NCBI GenBank assembly: GCA_028023455.1
Contig: JAQFVV010000003.1
Coordinates: 28,830,001-28,894,000 of the forward strand
Source of the DNA: Epiperipatus broadwayi
Lineage: Eukaryota > Animalia > Onychophora
Reading direction: 5' to 3'
Length of the DNA stretch: 64,000 nucleotides
Positions 49,765-64,000 of this stretch are shown here, in pieces (within the stretch, counting starts at the first letter, position 1; every line of letters begins with the position of its first letter). Under the pieces are notes generated by a model. The model was not told where the DNA came from, made no database searches, and saw only the letters and a program-made list of their open reading frames with translations. Both the position numbers and the translations under genes were made by a program.

Positions 49765-51961
49765 TGTAACGATCCGGAGAATGACTTAAACGTGATCTGC
49801 ACTACGGGGCGCCACTAGGCATTTGAACCTTGAAAATTTATAAAGTAGGCAGATACGTAAGTCAAAAAAACTAATTTTTATTTTATTTGATATATTTTGA
49901 TATCCGGTCGTTAGCCCATTGTCACTAGCTCAGGGAGTTGCAGAGATTTATATTTATAATAAATTCTTATCTAAGAATATTTAAAAAAAAAGAATAAAAT
50001 AAGCCACTGCCAGTAATTAACATACAAACATTTATTTACGCACATATATATAAAATTTAAAATTATTTTAGTATTAGTTTTACATTTTAAAATTTAACTT
50101 ACATTTTTAACTTTGATTTTTGATTTTAATTTACATTTAATTTTTATAAATTTACATTTTAATTCTTTTATAAGTTCGCACAGATGGGATTATAAAAGCT
50201 TGTTTTATAATGTTGAGTATAGATCGATTACATAGATTACACGGTTAAAAACATTTCAAAGTAAACATAAACGATCAAAATACAAAATCATTGATACCGA
50301 CAATTGCATAGGGAATATAAGAAACCCACTAGCCTTCATCGTAAGATGCCCGCATTGTCACCAATAACTTAAAAGACATCTGAATAAATACATTTTAGAT
50401 ACTCACCGTACGGTATCATTATTTACCAAATGTCTATATATTTTGATCAAATATGAAAAACAAAAACACAATTAACCGATAACGAATCCATGCAACTTCC
50501 ATACCCAACTTAAATTTAATGCATTTTTATTTAGAGTGTTGAGTATGAATAGACTACACAGATTTGCATTTGAAAGAAAATATTCTATCCGTATTTAACC
50601 TTAGGCCAAAGGTTTGCAGTCAAACCAAACTTCAATCCATCTGATATATCGATGTGTTCAATGTAATACGAATACGGCAGCACAATTAGGTTAAGAGAAG
50701 AAACTGCTTCTCTTCAGATAGGAATATTACATCTATCTGACGATGAGAGCAATAAAAAAAAAACTCCATAGGAAAGGAACTGCGGTCTCAGTCTTATAAT
50801 TCCTCCCATAGGCAAAACGAGTGTGGGCGGCGTATAATAGCGATTCTGTCCATAGCGAATCTCGTACTACATCTACTAATTACACCAATATATCGAATCC
50901 ATTGACCTAATTCAACTACGAACCGAATAACCTAAGATTACCCTCCCCTAATATAACTTTACAAATCTATATAGCCATTCACGCCCGACTTAAGTTTAAT
51001 ATTTATATAACTAGTTTAATGAAAAACAGAAATCATAATAAAACTTAAAGAACAAAAAAAAAACTAAATGGAAATGATTTAAAAAAAAAAAAAAATACAT
51101 CAAATAAAATTATAACTAATTAATAAATTAAGTTGGTCAGATAGGAATCTATTTCTTTTTAAATACGGGACAAGTTTTAGAAATAAAGTTCTTATTGTTT
51201 AGAAATGTATATAAAGTTCTTACGATTTTGAAAAATATCCAGCTTTATCCGTGGCTTGCCATTTAAACGTGAATTCCCATGCCGTCCTAAATAGATATTG
51301 GTATCCAGTTAGCCATTGTTTTTTTATTTATCCGGAGGTCTTTTAGTTTAGTGGGTCCTTAATGTAGAAAACGATAGTTCATTTCTCTTTCTTGCTAACG
51401 AGATTGAAGGGATTGAAGTGTGCGTCTTTTCAATCCCTTCTCCTTCACTTCCGCACTAACACATATCTGTCACATCGTAAATAATCAATAACTAATAATT
51501 TTCAAACTTGTCCTTTTATATTCATTTGAAGGATTGAATTTACATTACGTCATCGATGCGATGGTCCTTTCGCTGAGGTCCGATTCCATAGGGATTTCTT
51601 TTTATTTGCTAAAAGTTTCTATTGTTTTCCTATCTGACCGATGTTTTTACATTTAAATGCCCAAGGCTGGTTTACATTTAACTAATTAAAACAATCATTT
51701 CTATTTCTGATTAATTAATGTGTTTTCCAAGATTAAAGATATATTTTTATCTCTAAATCTTTTTAGGTTTTTGTTTTTAAAATACCTTTCTATTTTTAAT
51801 AAAGTTTTATTTTAATATATATATTTTTTTTTATCTGTGCGATTTATATATATGAGTTTAAGATGATATTTAATTTCAATTTTTAATTCTTAAAGAAAAT
51901 TTTTAAATGCGAACATGTTTAATAATAAAAAAACAATGTAACATCGTCTGTGCTTGTTACA
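49765..51961 (-). repeat. 3' LTR (2197 bp)
   Basis: Near-identical to 52724-54911; TG...CA termini. Confidence 0.95.
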
Positions 51962-52723
51962 TATCAGTAAAGTTGCTTAAAAAAAAAATGTTAAAAAAAA
52001 AAAAATTTTACTTAGAGTTAGTAATTACGGTACACGATTAACGCAGACATTTACAAAACATCCGGTTAGTAATTTTACAAAAAGACTATACAATATACGA
52101 GAAAAAAAATGTTGGCTATCGTTTTCCCAAGGACCATTTACGTTTACACCTCCTCCCCACAAGAGTTCTATTTTTTTTATACATTTTATTTTTACACACG
52201 GCATGACAAGCAAATTATTTAAATTATTTAGAAAGATTGCATTGAAGTAAATACGTTTTGAAAGATAATGGGTTTATATGTATATATTTGCAGCACAATT
52301 ATAAATACCACCAACTTATTTATGACTGATTAAAATGCTTAAATGGGATTACACTGAAGTAAATTCCCAACGGTACTCTCCGTAAGGTACCACATTTACC
52401 ATCATAAACTTGCGTGGCTGTGCGCTCCTATACACATTAAAGCATAATTTATATTAACAACAAAAAAAAACTTATCAATCGCAACCTTTTGACTTTCTTT
52501 TTAACGAAATACAGTTTAAAATTATTTATACTTTCTAGTATTTAATATATGTGCTATTTCTTTCTGGAAGTGCTTTTAAAACATAATTCAAACTATGACT
52601 TTACGATAAACAGATAAAAATATATTTATATTTCAGAAAAAAAAAAATTACGGGCATGATTCACTTTTAAAATTCTCAGAGCACTCGTGTTTATTAAAGA
52701 TCGGCCCAAGTTGGTTCACCAGT

Positions 52724-54911
52724 TGTAACGATCTGGAGAATGACTTAAACATGATTTGCACTACGGGGCGCCACTAGGAATTTGAACCTAGAAAATTTAT
52801 AAAGTAGGCAGATACGTAAGTAAAAAAAAAAAAAAATTTTTTTACTTTATATATTTTGATATCCGGTCGTTAGCCCATTGTCACTAGCTCAGGGAGTTGC
52901 AGAGATTTATATTTATAATAAATTCTTATCTAAGAATATTTAAAAAAAAATAAAAAAATAAGCCACTGCCAGTAATTAACATACAAACATTTATTTATGC
53001 ACATATATATAAAATTTAAAATTATTTTAGTATTAGTTTTACATTTTAAAATTTAACTTACATTTTTAACTTTGATTTTTGATTTTAATTTACATATTTT
53101 TATAAATTTACATTTTAATTCTTTTATAAGTTCGCACAGATGAGATTATAAAAGCTTGTTTTATAATGTTGAGTATAGATAGGTTACATAGATTACACGG
53201 TTAAAAACATTTCAAAGTAAACATAAACGATCAAAATACAAAATCATTGATACCGACAATTGCATAGGGAATATAAGAAACCCACTAGCATTCATCGTAA
53301 GATGCCCGCATTGTCACCAATAATTTAAAAGACATCCGAATAAATACATTTTAGATACTCACTGTACGGTATCATTATTTACCGAATGTCTATATATTTT
53401 GATCAAATATGAAAAACAAAAACACAATTAACCGATAACGAATCCATGCAACTTCCATACCCAACTTAAATTTAATGCATTTTTATTTAGAGTGTCGAGT
53501 ATGAATAGACTACACAGATTTGCATTTGAAAGAAAATATTCTATCCGTATTTAACCTTAGGCCAAAGGTTCGCAGTCAAACCAAACTTCAATCCATCTGA
53601 TATATCGATGTGTTCAATGTAATACGAATACGGCAGCACAATTAGGTTAAGAGAAGAAACTGCTTCTCTTCAGATAGGAATATTACATCTATCTGACGAT
53701 GAGAGCAATAAAAAAAAACTCCATAGAAAAGGAACTGCGGTCTCCATCTTATAATTCCTCCCATAGGCAAAACGAGTGTGTGCGGCGTATAATAGCGATT
53801 CTGCCCATAGCGAATCTCGTACTACATCTACTAATTACACCAATATATCGAATCCATTGACCTAATTCAACTACGAACCGAATAACCTAAGATTACCCTC
53901 CCCTAATATAACTTTACAAATCTATATAGCCATTCACGCCCGACTTAAGTTTAATATTTATATAACTAGTTTAATGAAAAACAGAAATCATAATAAAACT
54001 TAAAGAACAAAAAAAAAAAACTAAATGGAAATGATTTAAAAAAAAAAAAATAACTACACCAAATAAAATTATAACTAATTAATAAATTAAGTTGGTCAGA
54101 TAGGAATCTATTTCTTTTTAAATACGGAACAAGTTTTAGAAATAAAGTTCTTATTGTTTAGAAATGTATATAAAGTTCTTACGATTTTGAAAAATGTCCA
54201 GCTTTATCCGTGCCTTGCCATTTGAACGTGAATTCCCACGCCGTCCTAAATAGATATTGGTATCCAGTTAGCCGTTGTTTTTTTATTTATCCGGAGGTCT
54301 TTTAGTTTAGTGGGTCCTTAATGTAGAAAACGATAGTTCATTTCTCTTTCTTGCTAACGAGATTGAAGAGTGCGTTTTTTCAATCCCTTCTCTTTCACTT
54401 CCGCACTAACACATATCTGTCACATCGTAAATAATCAATAACTAATAATTTTCAAACTTGTCCTTTTATATTAATTTGAAGGATTGAATTTACATTACGT
54501 CATCGATGCGATGGTCCTTTCGCTGAGGTCCGATTCCATAGGGATTTCTTTTTATTTGCTAAAAGTTTCTATTGTTTTCCTATCTGACCGATGTTTTTAC
54601 ATTTAAATGCCCAAGGCTGGTTTACATTTAACTAATTAAAACAATCATTTCTATTTCTGATTAATTAATGTGTTTTCCAAGATTAAAGATATATTTTTAT
54701 CTCTAAATCTTTTTAGGTTTTTGTTTTTAAAATACCTTTCTATTTTTAATAAAGTTTTATTTTAATATTTTTTTTTTTTTTTATCTGTGCGATTTATATA
54801 TACGAGTTTAAGATGATATTTAATTTCAATTTTTAATTCTTAAAGAAAATTTTTAAATGCGAACATGTTTAATAATAAAAAAATAATGTAATGTTGTCTG
54901 TGCTTGTTACA
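52724..54911 (-). repeat. 5' LTR (2188 bp)
   Basis: Near-identical to 49765-51961; followed on the minus strand by a 2-nt spacer and the PBS. Confidence 0.95.
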
Positions 54912-57623
54912 GTAGCTGTAACTCCCTAAATTCAAAACTATTAACATCCAGACAATATATGCAAAAAAATATAATTTGTATAGTCAATGCTTTGCATAAA
55001 TATATTGTCATTGAAATTGTTGTTAATATCATGCTTTACTAAAAATATTTTGTATTTAATTTAATCATTTAGGTGATTCTAATGCAATAGCAATTGCCAG
55101 TGATTCTATCAGTACAGATTTCTGTTCTTATCAATTTGTGTAATGTTAAAGTATAGAAAAAATTAAAAAAGAATTTTTTCATATCATATTTATAAATATT
55201 TTCAAATATAGTAATTTCAAGCTTATTATCTTTTAAAATAGAATAATAAAAAGTTTTTTTTAAATATTCCTTTGTAAATAATAATCTTTAATAATAAATA
55301 TATGTAATTTTATTAAGTCCTATGTGCAGATTACTACAAAATGAGAATCTGACTTGTGAGTTATTTTAGTAACATATTCGAATTTAATTGCTTCATGAAT
55401 AAGTTTATATTCCCAGCATTACATATTTAATAATAGTAATCCATTTATGGGCTTATTAAAATCTTTAGAAAATATAAGATTATAAATTGTAAATTTTCAT
55501 TCACTTTCCAGAACATTCCATTATGCTTTTCACTTATAAATATCTATAAAATTGTAAAAGTAAAAATACTATATTGTTCATTTTTTCTATTAACAGAGAA
55601 AGTAATTATTATATTTTAACATTTTTGCAAAATCTAGTTAGCCACCTTTAGAAATAACTGCAAGGGAAAAAATGTGTGTATTCTTAAAGTTATTAAAAGA
55701 AAATAAAAAAAGTATTTAAGAATTAATAATTTTTTACTTGATGCAAAAAAAAATTAAATCAAGAAAGATCAAAGTGCATCAAAGTGCTTCTACCTGATGA
55801 AATATAAACTTTTTTTTCTAAGTAAATTATCAATTAATATAGAAATGTACAAAAATACTTTTAACCTATATTTCATCTTATCACTATTAAAGAGTGCTAT
55901 ACTTAAATATATAAAAAAATCATTAATACAAAAAGTTGGAGAAATAATGTCAGATTAGCAGTAATACATCAATATGCTAAAAATTAATCTTAAATTAAAT
56001 ACATTAATTTAAAAAAAAAAAAACTGTAACTAACAAGCTATATTAAACAATTTAATATTGATTCATTATAAAATTCCACAAAAATCACTCCTTATCCCTG
56101 ATTTATATATATATTAAAAAATATTAGTCCATATACTCACTATACTATATATATTATTTCAAATTTTCTAAAATAATTTTGAAATTTTCTTGGTTATTTA
56201 TTTATACATAAACATTTATTTATAAAGTTTTTTAAAATTTTACTGACTAATAAAAAATCTTTTTTCCTTTTTTATTCATCAGAAAGATGACTATATAATG
56301 ACTAGTTATAACTGAAATTTTTTATTTATTCAATATTATTTTTTATCTTATGAATTACACCATTATTGTCACTATATAAAGCAACTAAAGTGTTAATAAA
56401 CTATCATTTTTTTGGTATTTCATCATGAGATAAGCAATGCAGTCATATATGACATTAAACACCCTCACTTTTAAAACAGTAAATAATACATCTTCACTTT
56501 GTGCATGACAATACTACAATATATTCACTTTACAAAATTACGTATAAATAGTTTAATATTTATTACAAGTTAAAATAAAAAAAATAACAAGGATTTTACT
56601 TTGCTAATGAAAATCAATCTGTTTGATCACTATAAAAACAATAAAAATAATTAGATTGATTAAGTATCATACTCCCTGCCATAAGTATTGTAGACAATCT
56701 CCTTTATATACAAAGAGGACCAATGGAAAAGTGATTTATTGACATGTATGAAGATGGGATTGTGTATTATTAACTGCAGCAGCATTTAAAAATGTGTTTA
56801 ATGTATATATATTCACATTGTGAATTACTTTATTATATATATAAATTTCTACTTAAAACACTTAAGCACTAAGAATGTGAATTAAAATAAAGTTGTGATT
56901 TTTTCCAATTAATGGTTTTCAATGTCATACTCAAAAAAAAAAAAAAAGCTTAGGTTATAATCTCCCATTTTTTTATCTTTAGAAAAAAAAAGGGTATTTT
57001 CAAAATTTTATAATAAGACTATGAGGAAAGTCAGTACATAGATTACTAAATAGTTTTACAAAATAAAATTAGAATGCATTATCTATTGACATTGATATAA
57101 TTATTCCATCGCTTCATAAACTAATGAAACCAGTGGTGTAAAAGTTCATTAATTGTGCACTTCTTTTCAATTTCATATTCAGTTACAAATAATATAATGT
57201 GATAACATTTTTCACTAGAAATATTTTCTTATGAATATCCATTTAATTACAAAACAAAAAAACAAGCAAAAGCATGCTGCTTTTGATAATACACTTTCAA
57301 ATAGTTACCATTTTAACTACTGACACCAGTCAAAAAACATGCTTATACATATCAATTATTTTAATTGTGATCATTCTATTTTGGACCACTCTAGAATTAC
57401 AGTTATTTTACTTCCATTTGTAATCCATTTATTTATGTTCATATGTATGTATGGATGCCGTAGAATCAATAAAGACTTATGATCATGCAAAAATTCTTGA
57501 TCTTTGAATTATTAGTACTCTTTATGAATAAATTTATACAATAATAGTTTATCTGATATATTATGTAAATATACAACATTTGGATTATTTAAAAAAAATT
57601 ACAATCTTTATAATATTACCAAC

Positions 57624-57766
57624 CTAATAAAGCTGGATCAGCAGAGTTTAATCGAATAAAAGTAGGATTTCTCATGTAACAAGTTAATAAATTTGCTAAG
57701 ACCTCTGGATAAGTAGCAGATAATGCCAGCATTTGTTTATTTGAAGGCAAATTATGATAAATCCAG
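57624..57766 (-). CDS. DDX20: DDX20 internal exon with motif III (SAT) (143 bp, phase 2-1)
   Basis: tttttttcag|C TGG ATT...TTA TTA G|gttggt; [48 protein letters not shown]. Confidence 0.95.
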
Positions 57767-57959
57767 CTGAAAAAAAAAAATATTGAACTTAGTTATTATT
57801 TATCTAAAAATAAATAAAATACTTTAAAATGATTAAGCTTAAATTGATATATTCTATAAGAGAATTTATTAAAGTGATATTGTTATGAAGAAACAGCATA
57901 AAAACTGAGAAATTATTTTAAAAATATAATGATTTTTTTTTAATATTCATGGTTCAAAA

Positions 57960-59620
57960 CCTCTTCCATTTAACATTATCAATTTCAGCCAAATGAATAA
58001 ACATCAGAGAAAGGCAAAAGGATAACAAAATGCATTTCTGCTGAACTAATATTATTAGGTGAATTTGATTATTCTATTCTATCAAATATCTTCATTGTTT
58101 ATCCATAAGCCTATTGTTCTTGTACAATTTTAAAGATTATTATTGTCTTTTTAGATATATATGTCACTTTTATTAATAATTATTTATTAGATTATAGATT
58201 TTTATATTCTTATTAGCCTAGATATAAACTATAGACTTTTGTTTAAAGTTTTATATATCTACATACAGTTTAGTATTATTTTAACTCACCTTTTATTCAC
58301 ACATGTATACAAGTCATCATCATTCTTCATTTTCAATTATTATCAAACCACTGCAGAATGAAGATCACTCAGAATTTAGTTCAGTTTCTTTGATACATAA
58401 TCTCTCTTCTCCACATAATATCATCAAACTTTTTTATTTCATTCATTCATCTCTCATGTGGTCTCTTTCTGAGTATTTTAAAATCTGTTGGGATTTAGTT
58501 GAAGACTATCTCACTTCTTCATATAAAATACATGGCAATTCAGGGGATATAGTATTTGTTGTGGTTATTTTATTTTCTGGTTCTTTATTACTATATAATT
58601 CTTTATCGAATCGTCCCACATATTTCATAAAGTTGTTCTCCTATTTATTAATAATTTCATCTTTTCTTCTTATTGCTGAAATAACTTTTTTTATAATAAC
58701 AAAATGGTTTATACTTTTGAAACGTTTATTCATTTTTATAGTTTTCTTTATTAATTGATAGTTATATTTATATCATTTTTTTTTTTTTTGTAAAATTTTA
58801 CAAAATTCTGGATATTCAATTCTTCTTAATGTATCATTTTAATATTCTTTTCTTCATACTTCCTTTTATTCCAGTTAAAAAAATTTATCGAGTTGCTGCT
58901 TTTTTGTACTGGCTGGCTATCTTTAAGTTTGAATCACTCTCAAAGTCTGTCAATATTTTAAAATAATTATTAAATTGCAATTTAAATACAGATTAGGAAC
59001 ATCAGCTATCAATATTGTTTTTTTAATAAATTGAGTTTCTCCAGTTGTGCATTACTGTGTATTTATATCTTACTAATCGATGATCATTTCCTGTCCTGAA
59101 TCTATTAAGATTACAATCTTGAAATAAATATTTTCTGTTAGTTAAAATATAATCCAATTTTGTAATACTTTTGTTTGGATGTTTCCATGTCCATTTCTGT
59201 TTTGCATTTTTCTAATAGAAAGAATTAATATACAATTTTTCTTTTGCTGCAAATTATACACAGGCGTGTGTTTTCTTTCAACTCTGTCACCACAGCCAAA
59301 TACATCCACAACATTTTAATTTTTCAATTGTTTTCAGACTCTAGCATTAAAGTCTTTCATAATAATTTTAAGTTGTTGTCTGATCACAAGTATTTTATAT
59401 ATTTATATAAAAATCTTTACTTCATCATATTGAGAACTTGGGGTAAAACTTGAATTATCTGCATTTATTACCTTCCATTAAGTTGAATAATTAAACTTGT
59501 CACTCGGTCTGACATATCATCAATCTTCACAATGTTGATCTTCCATTTTTAATTTTTAATTTCAAAGCTTATATCTTTTTAGCACAGTACATGTCCACTT
59601 TTTAAATCATACTTCACCTT
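57960..59620 (-). mobile_element. Mosaic of RTE-clade LINE fragments
   Basis: Minus strand: RKWTWKHP (~59190), DHRLV (~59040), RPHERW (~58465), plus an RT fragment near 58000-58150. Non-collinear, so probably more than one insertion or deletion. Confidence 0.7.
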
Positions 59621-60099
59621 TTTATAACTTCACAAAGTCAAACAATTTCATTTAATATTAGCTAGATCTTTTCCAATTCAAGTCATCTCATTTGAAAATG
59701 ATCTGTATTTGTAAATACCTAAATAATGTCATCATCAAATGGCAGCCTGGGTCTGCAATTAGAAAATTCTCAGCATCATCTACTTTCAGTTACCACTTCT
59801 GATTTGGTTGATGACTTTACAGCTTTCAAGAAATAAGACCCTAATCTAGTTTTATCTTCATAAAATTTTGAAATAAATAAAAAAAATCATGCAAACAACA
59901 CAATCATCCTGTTTTAAAAAAAACTCAACAGATATTTTAGTTGAGAACTACCAAGCAACTAAGATAATAGACTATGGTGTTTCATGGTCATGCCCCAGTA
60001 AACAGTTTCTTTATCATATGAATAATCACACAGTAATTGTTATTTACTCATGGATATTATAGACAATACTAACTAAGTACACATCGGTAAAATTTAATA

Positions 60100-63000
60100 T
60101 AATAAAACTCAACATGAAAATTTAAACTTAAGAGCACACTAACTAGAGGCAAAACAAATAGGTATTAGTAGAAGGAATATAATTCATTGACTAATTTTCT
60201 TAGCAATGAATACAATATTTATGGACAGACTTCTTCTTAAAGAGTGTTAAGCTTCTTCATATACACACTTTAATATACATTATGAATACTTATTTGCATT
60301 TGCTTTTCTGTTTTTCTACTCACATACAAGACAGATTTTTGCAATTTTATAACACTTGTTTAAAGTGCATAAATTAGCATCCATTGATTTACTGAGAATT
60401 TATGCAAATATTCTAGTGTTTATACTTTGGGGAAATTTGTTTCCTGTCTGACTATAATTATAACAAATTTATGAAATTTTATTTACAAAACCAATAAAAC
60501 TTACATATATGCATGCACATACAGTATTATAGTTAGTCAGATAGTACATTCCTCCCCTCATTCTAGACAATAGTTTGTTTAGGCACAAATATGATCTTTG
60601 AATCTCTGTGGTCTTCTGCTATCTCTTGCATGTCTTGGTGGTGTATAGGTTTTTCTTCCTCTTGCCTTGTTATGTTCTCTTCAGACTGTTCTGAAATTAG
60701 TAAATCCATCACTGGTACTGGTAACTGATCATTCAAAATAGATAGATCGGTCTCATCTATTTGCTTATTACTTTGTGTTTCTTCATTTCATACCCTTGAT
60801 GATATATCAGCGCAGTCATTTTCTTTACTGAAATAATCACTTTGATTAAAGATCTCCTTATATTTACTGATTCTAATGGCTCATTCTGATTACTTCTCAG
60901 ATGATCAATATGTCTTCTAAATTCATTTCCATTGGCCAGCTGTATGAGTCCCAATTGTTTTAATAGAACTTTCACTACAACTCCAGGCAGTCACTTTTTT
61001 TAGAACATCTTGTATCTACACAGTATCTCCAACACTAAATCTTACCCTATTGAAATGTTTTCTCTTATCATGCTTCTATTCAGCCCTAATACAGACAAGA
61101 CGTAAAAAGTTTTCACTGCATTAATATTACAACAGGTGTTTTTTTTAGTAGATGCACTCAGTATAGAATGTTAGTAGAACATGGTAGTCAGTTATATATC
61201 ATTTAAATAGTAAGTTTTATTTAGCATTGACTTTAGATGTTGCACTGTCTTTTCAGTATTCTGTTAGACACTGTATTATAATGTGGTATTAATATATGAT
61301 GAATCCTCTTATTAGCTAAAAAGTTTTTAACTGCAATGGTACAAAACTAGCTCCATTATCAAATATGATAGTTTCAGGATATCCATGACATGAGAATAAT
61401 TCATTAAAACTTTAATGATGTACTTTCATTTGTATTTTAACCACTTTGTATTCAGTCCATTTAGAATATGAATCACTGCGCCAAGGTTGAGTGGTGCTTG
61501 CAGCCAAGGTTCCAGCTTTTTCAAAAGTAAATTGGCTGTGGATTAACATTTTCTATATGGCTTACCTGTTTGTTCAATCTCATGGCTCATGCTGGGCCAC
61601 CATACACATGATCATGATAATTCCTTCTTCTTCACTATTCCCAGATATCCTTATATAACAAGTCTAATAATACATGTTTCCTGCCTTTAGTTAGAATTCA
61701 TATGAAATCTGTCATTAAGATATTACTATTGCACATTGATAGCCTTTCATTTACATTCCATAAAGTTTCTATAACTCTGCTAGGTCGACTTCTAGGTCAT
61801 CCATCTTTACTCCATTTCTTTAGAATTTGATATCTGAAATCATTTTTAGTCCATTTTGATACAAAGATGTTATGTATAAATGCATTCGACTCTATCGAAT
61901 CTATATAGTTTATCTCAGTGATCGTATTCTCAAACTCACTCACACATCTCCAGTTATCTTGATAGTGTGTGTGGATGACATGTTTCTCTACCAGTTTATA
62001 GATGAGTTCAAAGTCATATGATGCCAAAATATTAATCCAACAAATCATTCTTTGATTACCATGAACAGGAGTCATCTTCAAGTTTCCCAAAATTTCCAAA
62101 AGAGGTCACCGGTCCATGTAGATCTTGAATTTACATCCGTAAATGTATTGGTGAAATTTTTTCATGCAGAAATGATCGTTAATGCTTCCTTATTTAACTG
62201 ACTATAGGTGTTTCTGCAGTTGTTAATGTTTTGGATGCATATCAGATTTTCATCTCTATAGCAAAAATGTCTTATAACAGCCCTTATGTTATACTCAGAA
62301 TTATTTGTTGTAACTACCACTTCTTAGATATTGTGGCAGTGAACGAGGAGTAGATTCAAGGTTAACATCCCCTTAGTCTTCTCAAATGCTTTATCATGCT
62401 CAACTCACCACTTCCATTGCTGTTTCTTTTTAATCAATTGATATAATGGTATCAATAAATGTGATTTGCCTTAATCCCAAAAAGGCTTATAAGTTCTTTA
62501 ATGTTTTATGGTTTAACATTCTGGATAGTTTTCACCTTTTCTGAATTTAAGTATTTGTCTCTATTGTTTATGATATGTCCCAAAATTGATTTCAATAGTA
62601 GATTAAATGCACTTCAATGCTTTAAACCTTGCACCAATTTTTTTCTAATTTAGAACAAACTTTATATATGTGTATTGCAATTTAATCTCTGCTTCAGCAG
62701 TTATTAAAATATCATCAAAGTAAAAAAAAAACTCTTTTCATCACCTGCAAAAGACAATCCATTTCCGCTTGAAACACATTTGATGTTACTGTTATTCCAT
62801 ATGATAGATAATTTGTTCCTTTAAATAATCTCAAATGGATGTTGATAGTCAAAAGTTCAGTTATTCTGATTATTATGGAAATTTGATGATATGCAGACTT
62901 AAAATCGATTTTAGCAAAATATGTTGCTTTCTTTATAATAATAATGCTAAGATCTCATAAACACTGGGTTTGGAATAAGCTCTTTTATTGATGTATTTGT

Positions 63001-64000
63001 TCAGTGTTACATGAAAGTTGCTACATAGATGAAAAGGTCCCTTCTGACTTTAGAGTTACCATGATTGGTGTTGCCATAGAATGTCTCTTTTAATTAAATC
63101 ATGAAATGTTCATTCCATTTTGGACTTTAAAACAAAAGGAATTGTTGATCGACTATGTGTTTAGCTCTGATGAGTCCAATTTAAATAACTGTGGAAAATT
63201 TTTTCTCAGATTTCTGACTTCAACTGTAAGCTGTTTACTATCTTGATCTGAATTCCTAAAAGTTTAATCTAATTTCTACCCAATGTTGGGCTTAAATCTC
63301 TTTTCATTATGTAAAGGAATAAATGTTTACCTCTTAAATTAATTTTAACTGAAAACAGTTTCTATTCCATGAACTACTATCCTGTTTCCCTTTTCATTGG
63401 CTGCTAGCACATCAGTTTTGTGTAGAATTTTATATTCATTTTACTATCTTTGTGACGTTAGACAATCCTATTCTGCTGTCTATTTCCATTTTAATTTTTT
63501 GTTCAAAGAGATGAGTGTCCAATATAATATGGCTATTATCCACATCATTTGTCTTTTTAATGCCAATTTTTGATAAATGTTCTATTTTTCCACAAACATG
63601 GCATCATTCTTTTATAAATTTAGTTTTTCTTCAAACACTCTTTCTTGCCACTGCAATAATGTATCCAAACATTGGTGGTACTACTGTGGTTTGAACTTTC
63701 AATTTCTGCCTCATTTACAATCACTGGGATTTTCTTCACATTTGAAGTATTTTGGAATTCTGCAGCACTTTCTAGTACCACTTTATAACTAAACATTCTT
63801 CTATCATATGTTTATATGTTAGATCAGATTCACTCTATAGGACTTGACTGAGCTTAGTGTCAACACATTCCCTCTAATGATTGAGCAAAATGTCATCCAG
63901 TTTGATGTTAAAGATGCACTCTTTAGCTAGTATGCTTAATCCTATGTTGTAATCTTGAATTCTCTCACCTGGTGCCTGGTTTGTTTCTAAATCTGAGATG
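60100..64000 (-). mobile_element. Degenerate Ty3/Gypsy retrotransposon (RT-RNaseH-integrase, PPT, start of 3' LTR); extends beyond the window
   Basis: Minus strand: YFAKIDFKSAYHQI (~62900), YFDDIL (~62715), WINILASYDFELIYK (61797-62099), HGYPETIIFDNGASF (~61360), PPT TGAGGGGAGGAA (60560-60549) then TGTACT at 60548. LTR distal end not resolved. Confidence 0.87.

Larger units (their letters stand above)
49765..54911 (-). mobile_element. Complete non-autonomous LTR retrotransposon: two ~2.2-kb LTRs around a 762-bp non-coding interior
   Basis: Direct repeats 49765-51961 and 52724-54911, each TGTAAC...GTTACA. PBS-like TGGTGAACCAACTTGGGCC at 52703-52721 (minus). Flanks GTAA/GTAG suggest a 4-bp TSD with one mismatch. 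Confidence 0.92.

Noticed and set aside
50737-50776. CTGACGA...GAAA in the long LTR resembling a hammerhead core
   Set aside because: No helix II adjacent to the core, no GUH/helix I, and the motif is not conserved in the other LTR copies.
57767-64000. Search for the upstream DDX20 exons (Q motif, motif I, DEAD)
   Set aside because: None found; the region is LINE and Gypsy debris, so these exons presumably lie beyond position 64000.

Overview
Very AT-rich, repeat-dense animal genomic DNA (probably arthropod; one LINE family resembles chelicerate elements, by inference). The single host gene found is DDX20/Gemin3 (DEAD-box helicase) on the minus strand. Six exons were reconstructed with GT-AG sites and matching phases (57624-57766, 49065-49203, 42151-42292, 35795-35900, 27885-27986, 9881-11427), about 725 aa; the 5' exons lie beyond the window. 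The introns and downstream flank hold degenerate RTE-type and other LINEs, a Buster/Charlie-type hAT element (8-bp TSD) with a nested Gypsy remnant, a mariner fragment, a decayed Gypsy pol, a tRNA-type SINE and MITE-like elements. The most unusual structures are four. (1) A small repeat family carries a minimal type I hammerhead ribozyme (36424-36465), resembling Penelope pLTRs or retrozymes; the core is kept only antisense to DDX20. (2) A 4.73-kb foldback element is almost entirely palindromic (about 2.3-kb arms, 80-bp spacer, 8-bp TSD) and sits inside a further 557-bp inverted repeat. (3) A non-coding LTR retroelement has about 2.2-kb LTRs around only 762 bp of internal sequence. (4) Two subfamilies of that LTR have their internal modules in swapped order. 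All identities were judged by eye; no searches were run.
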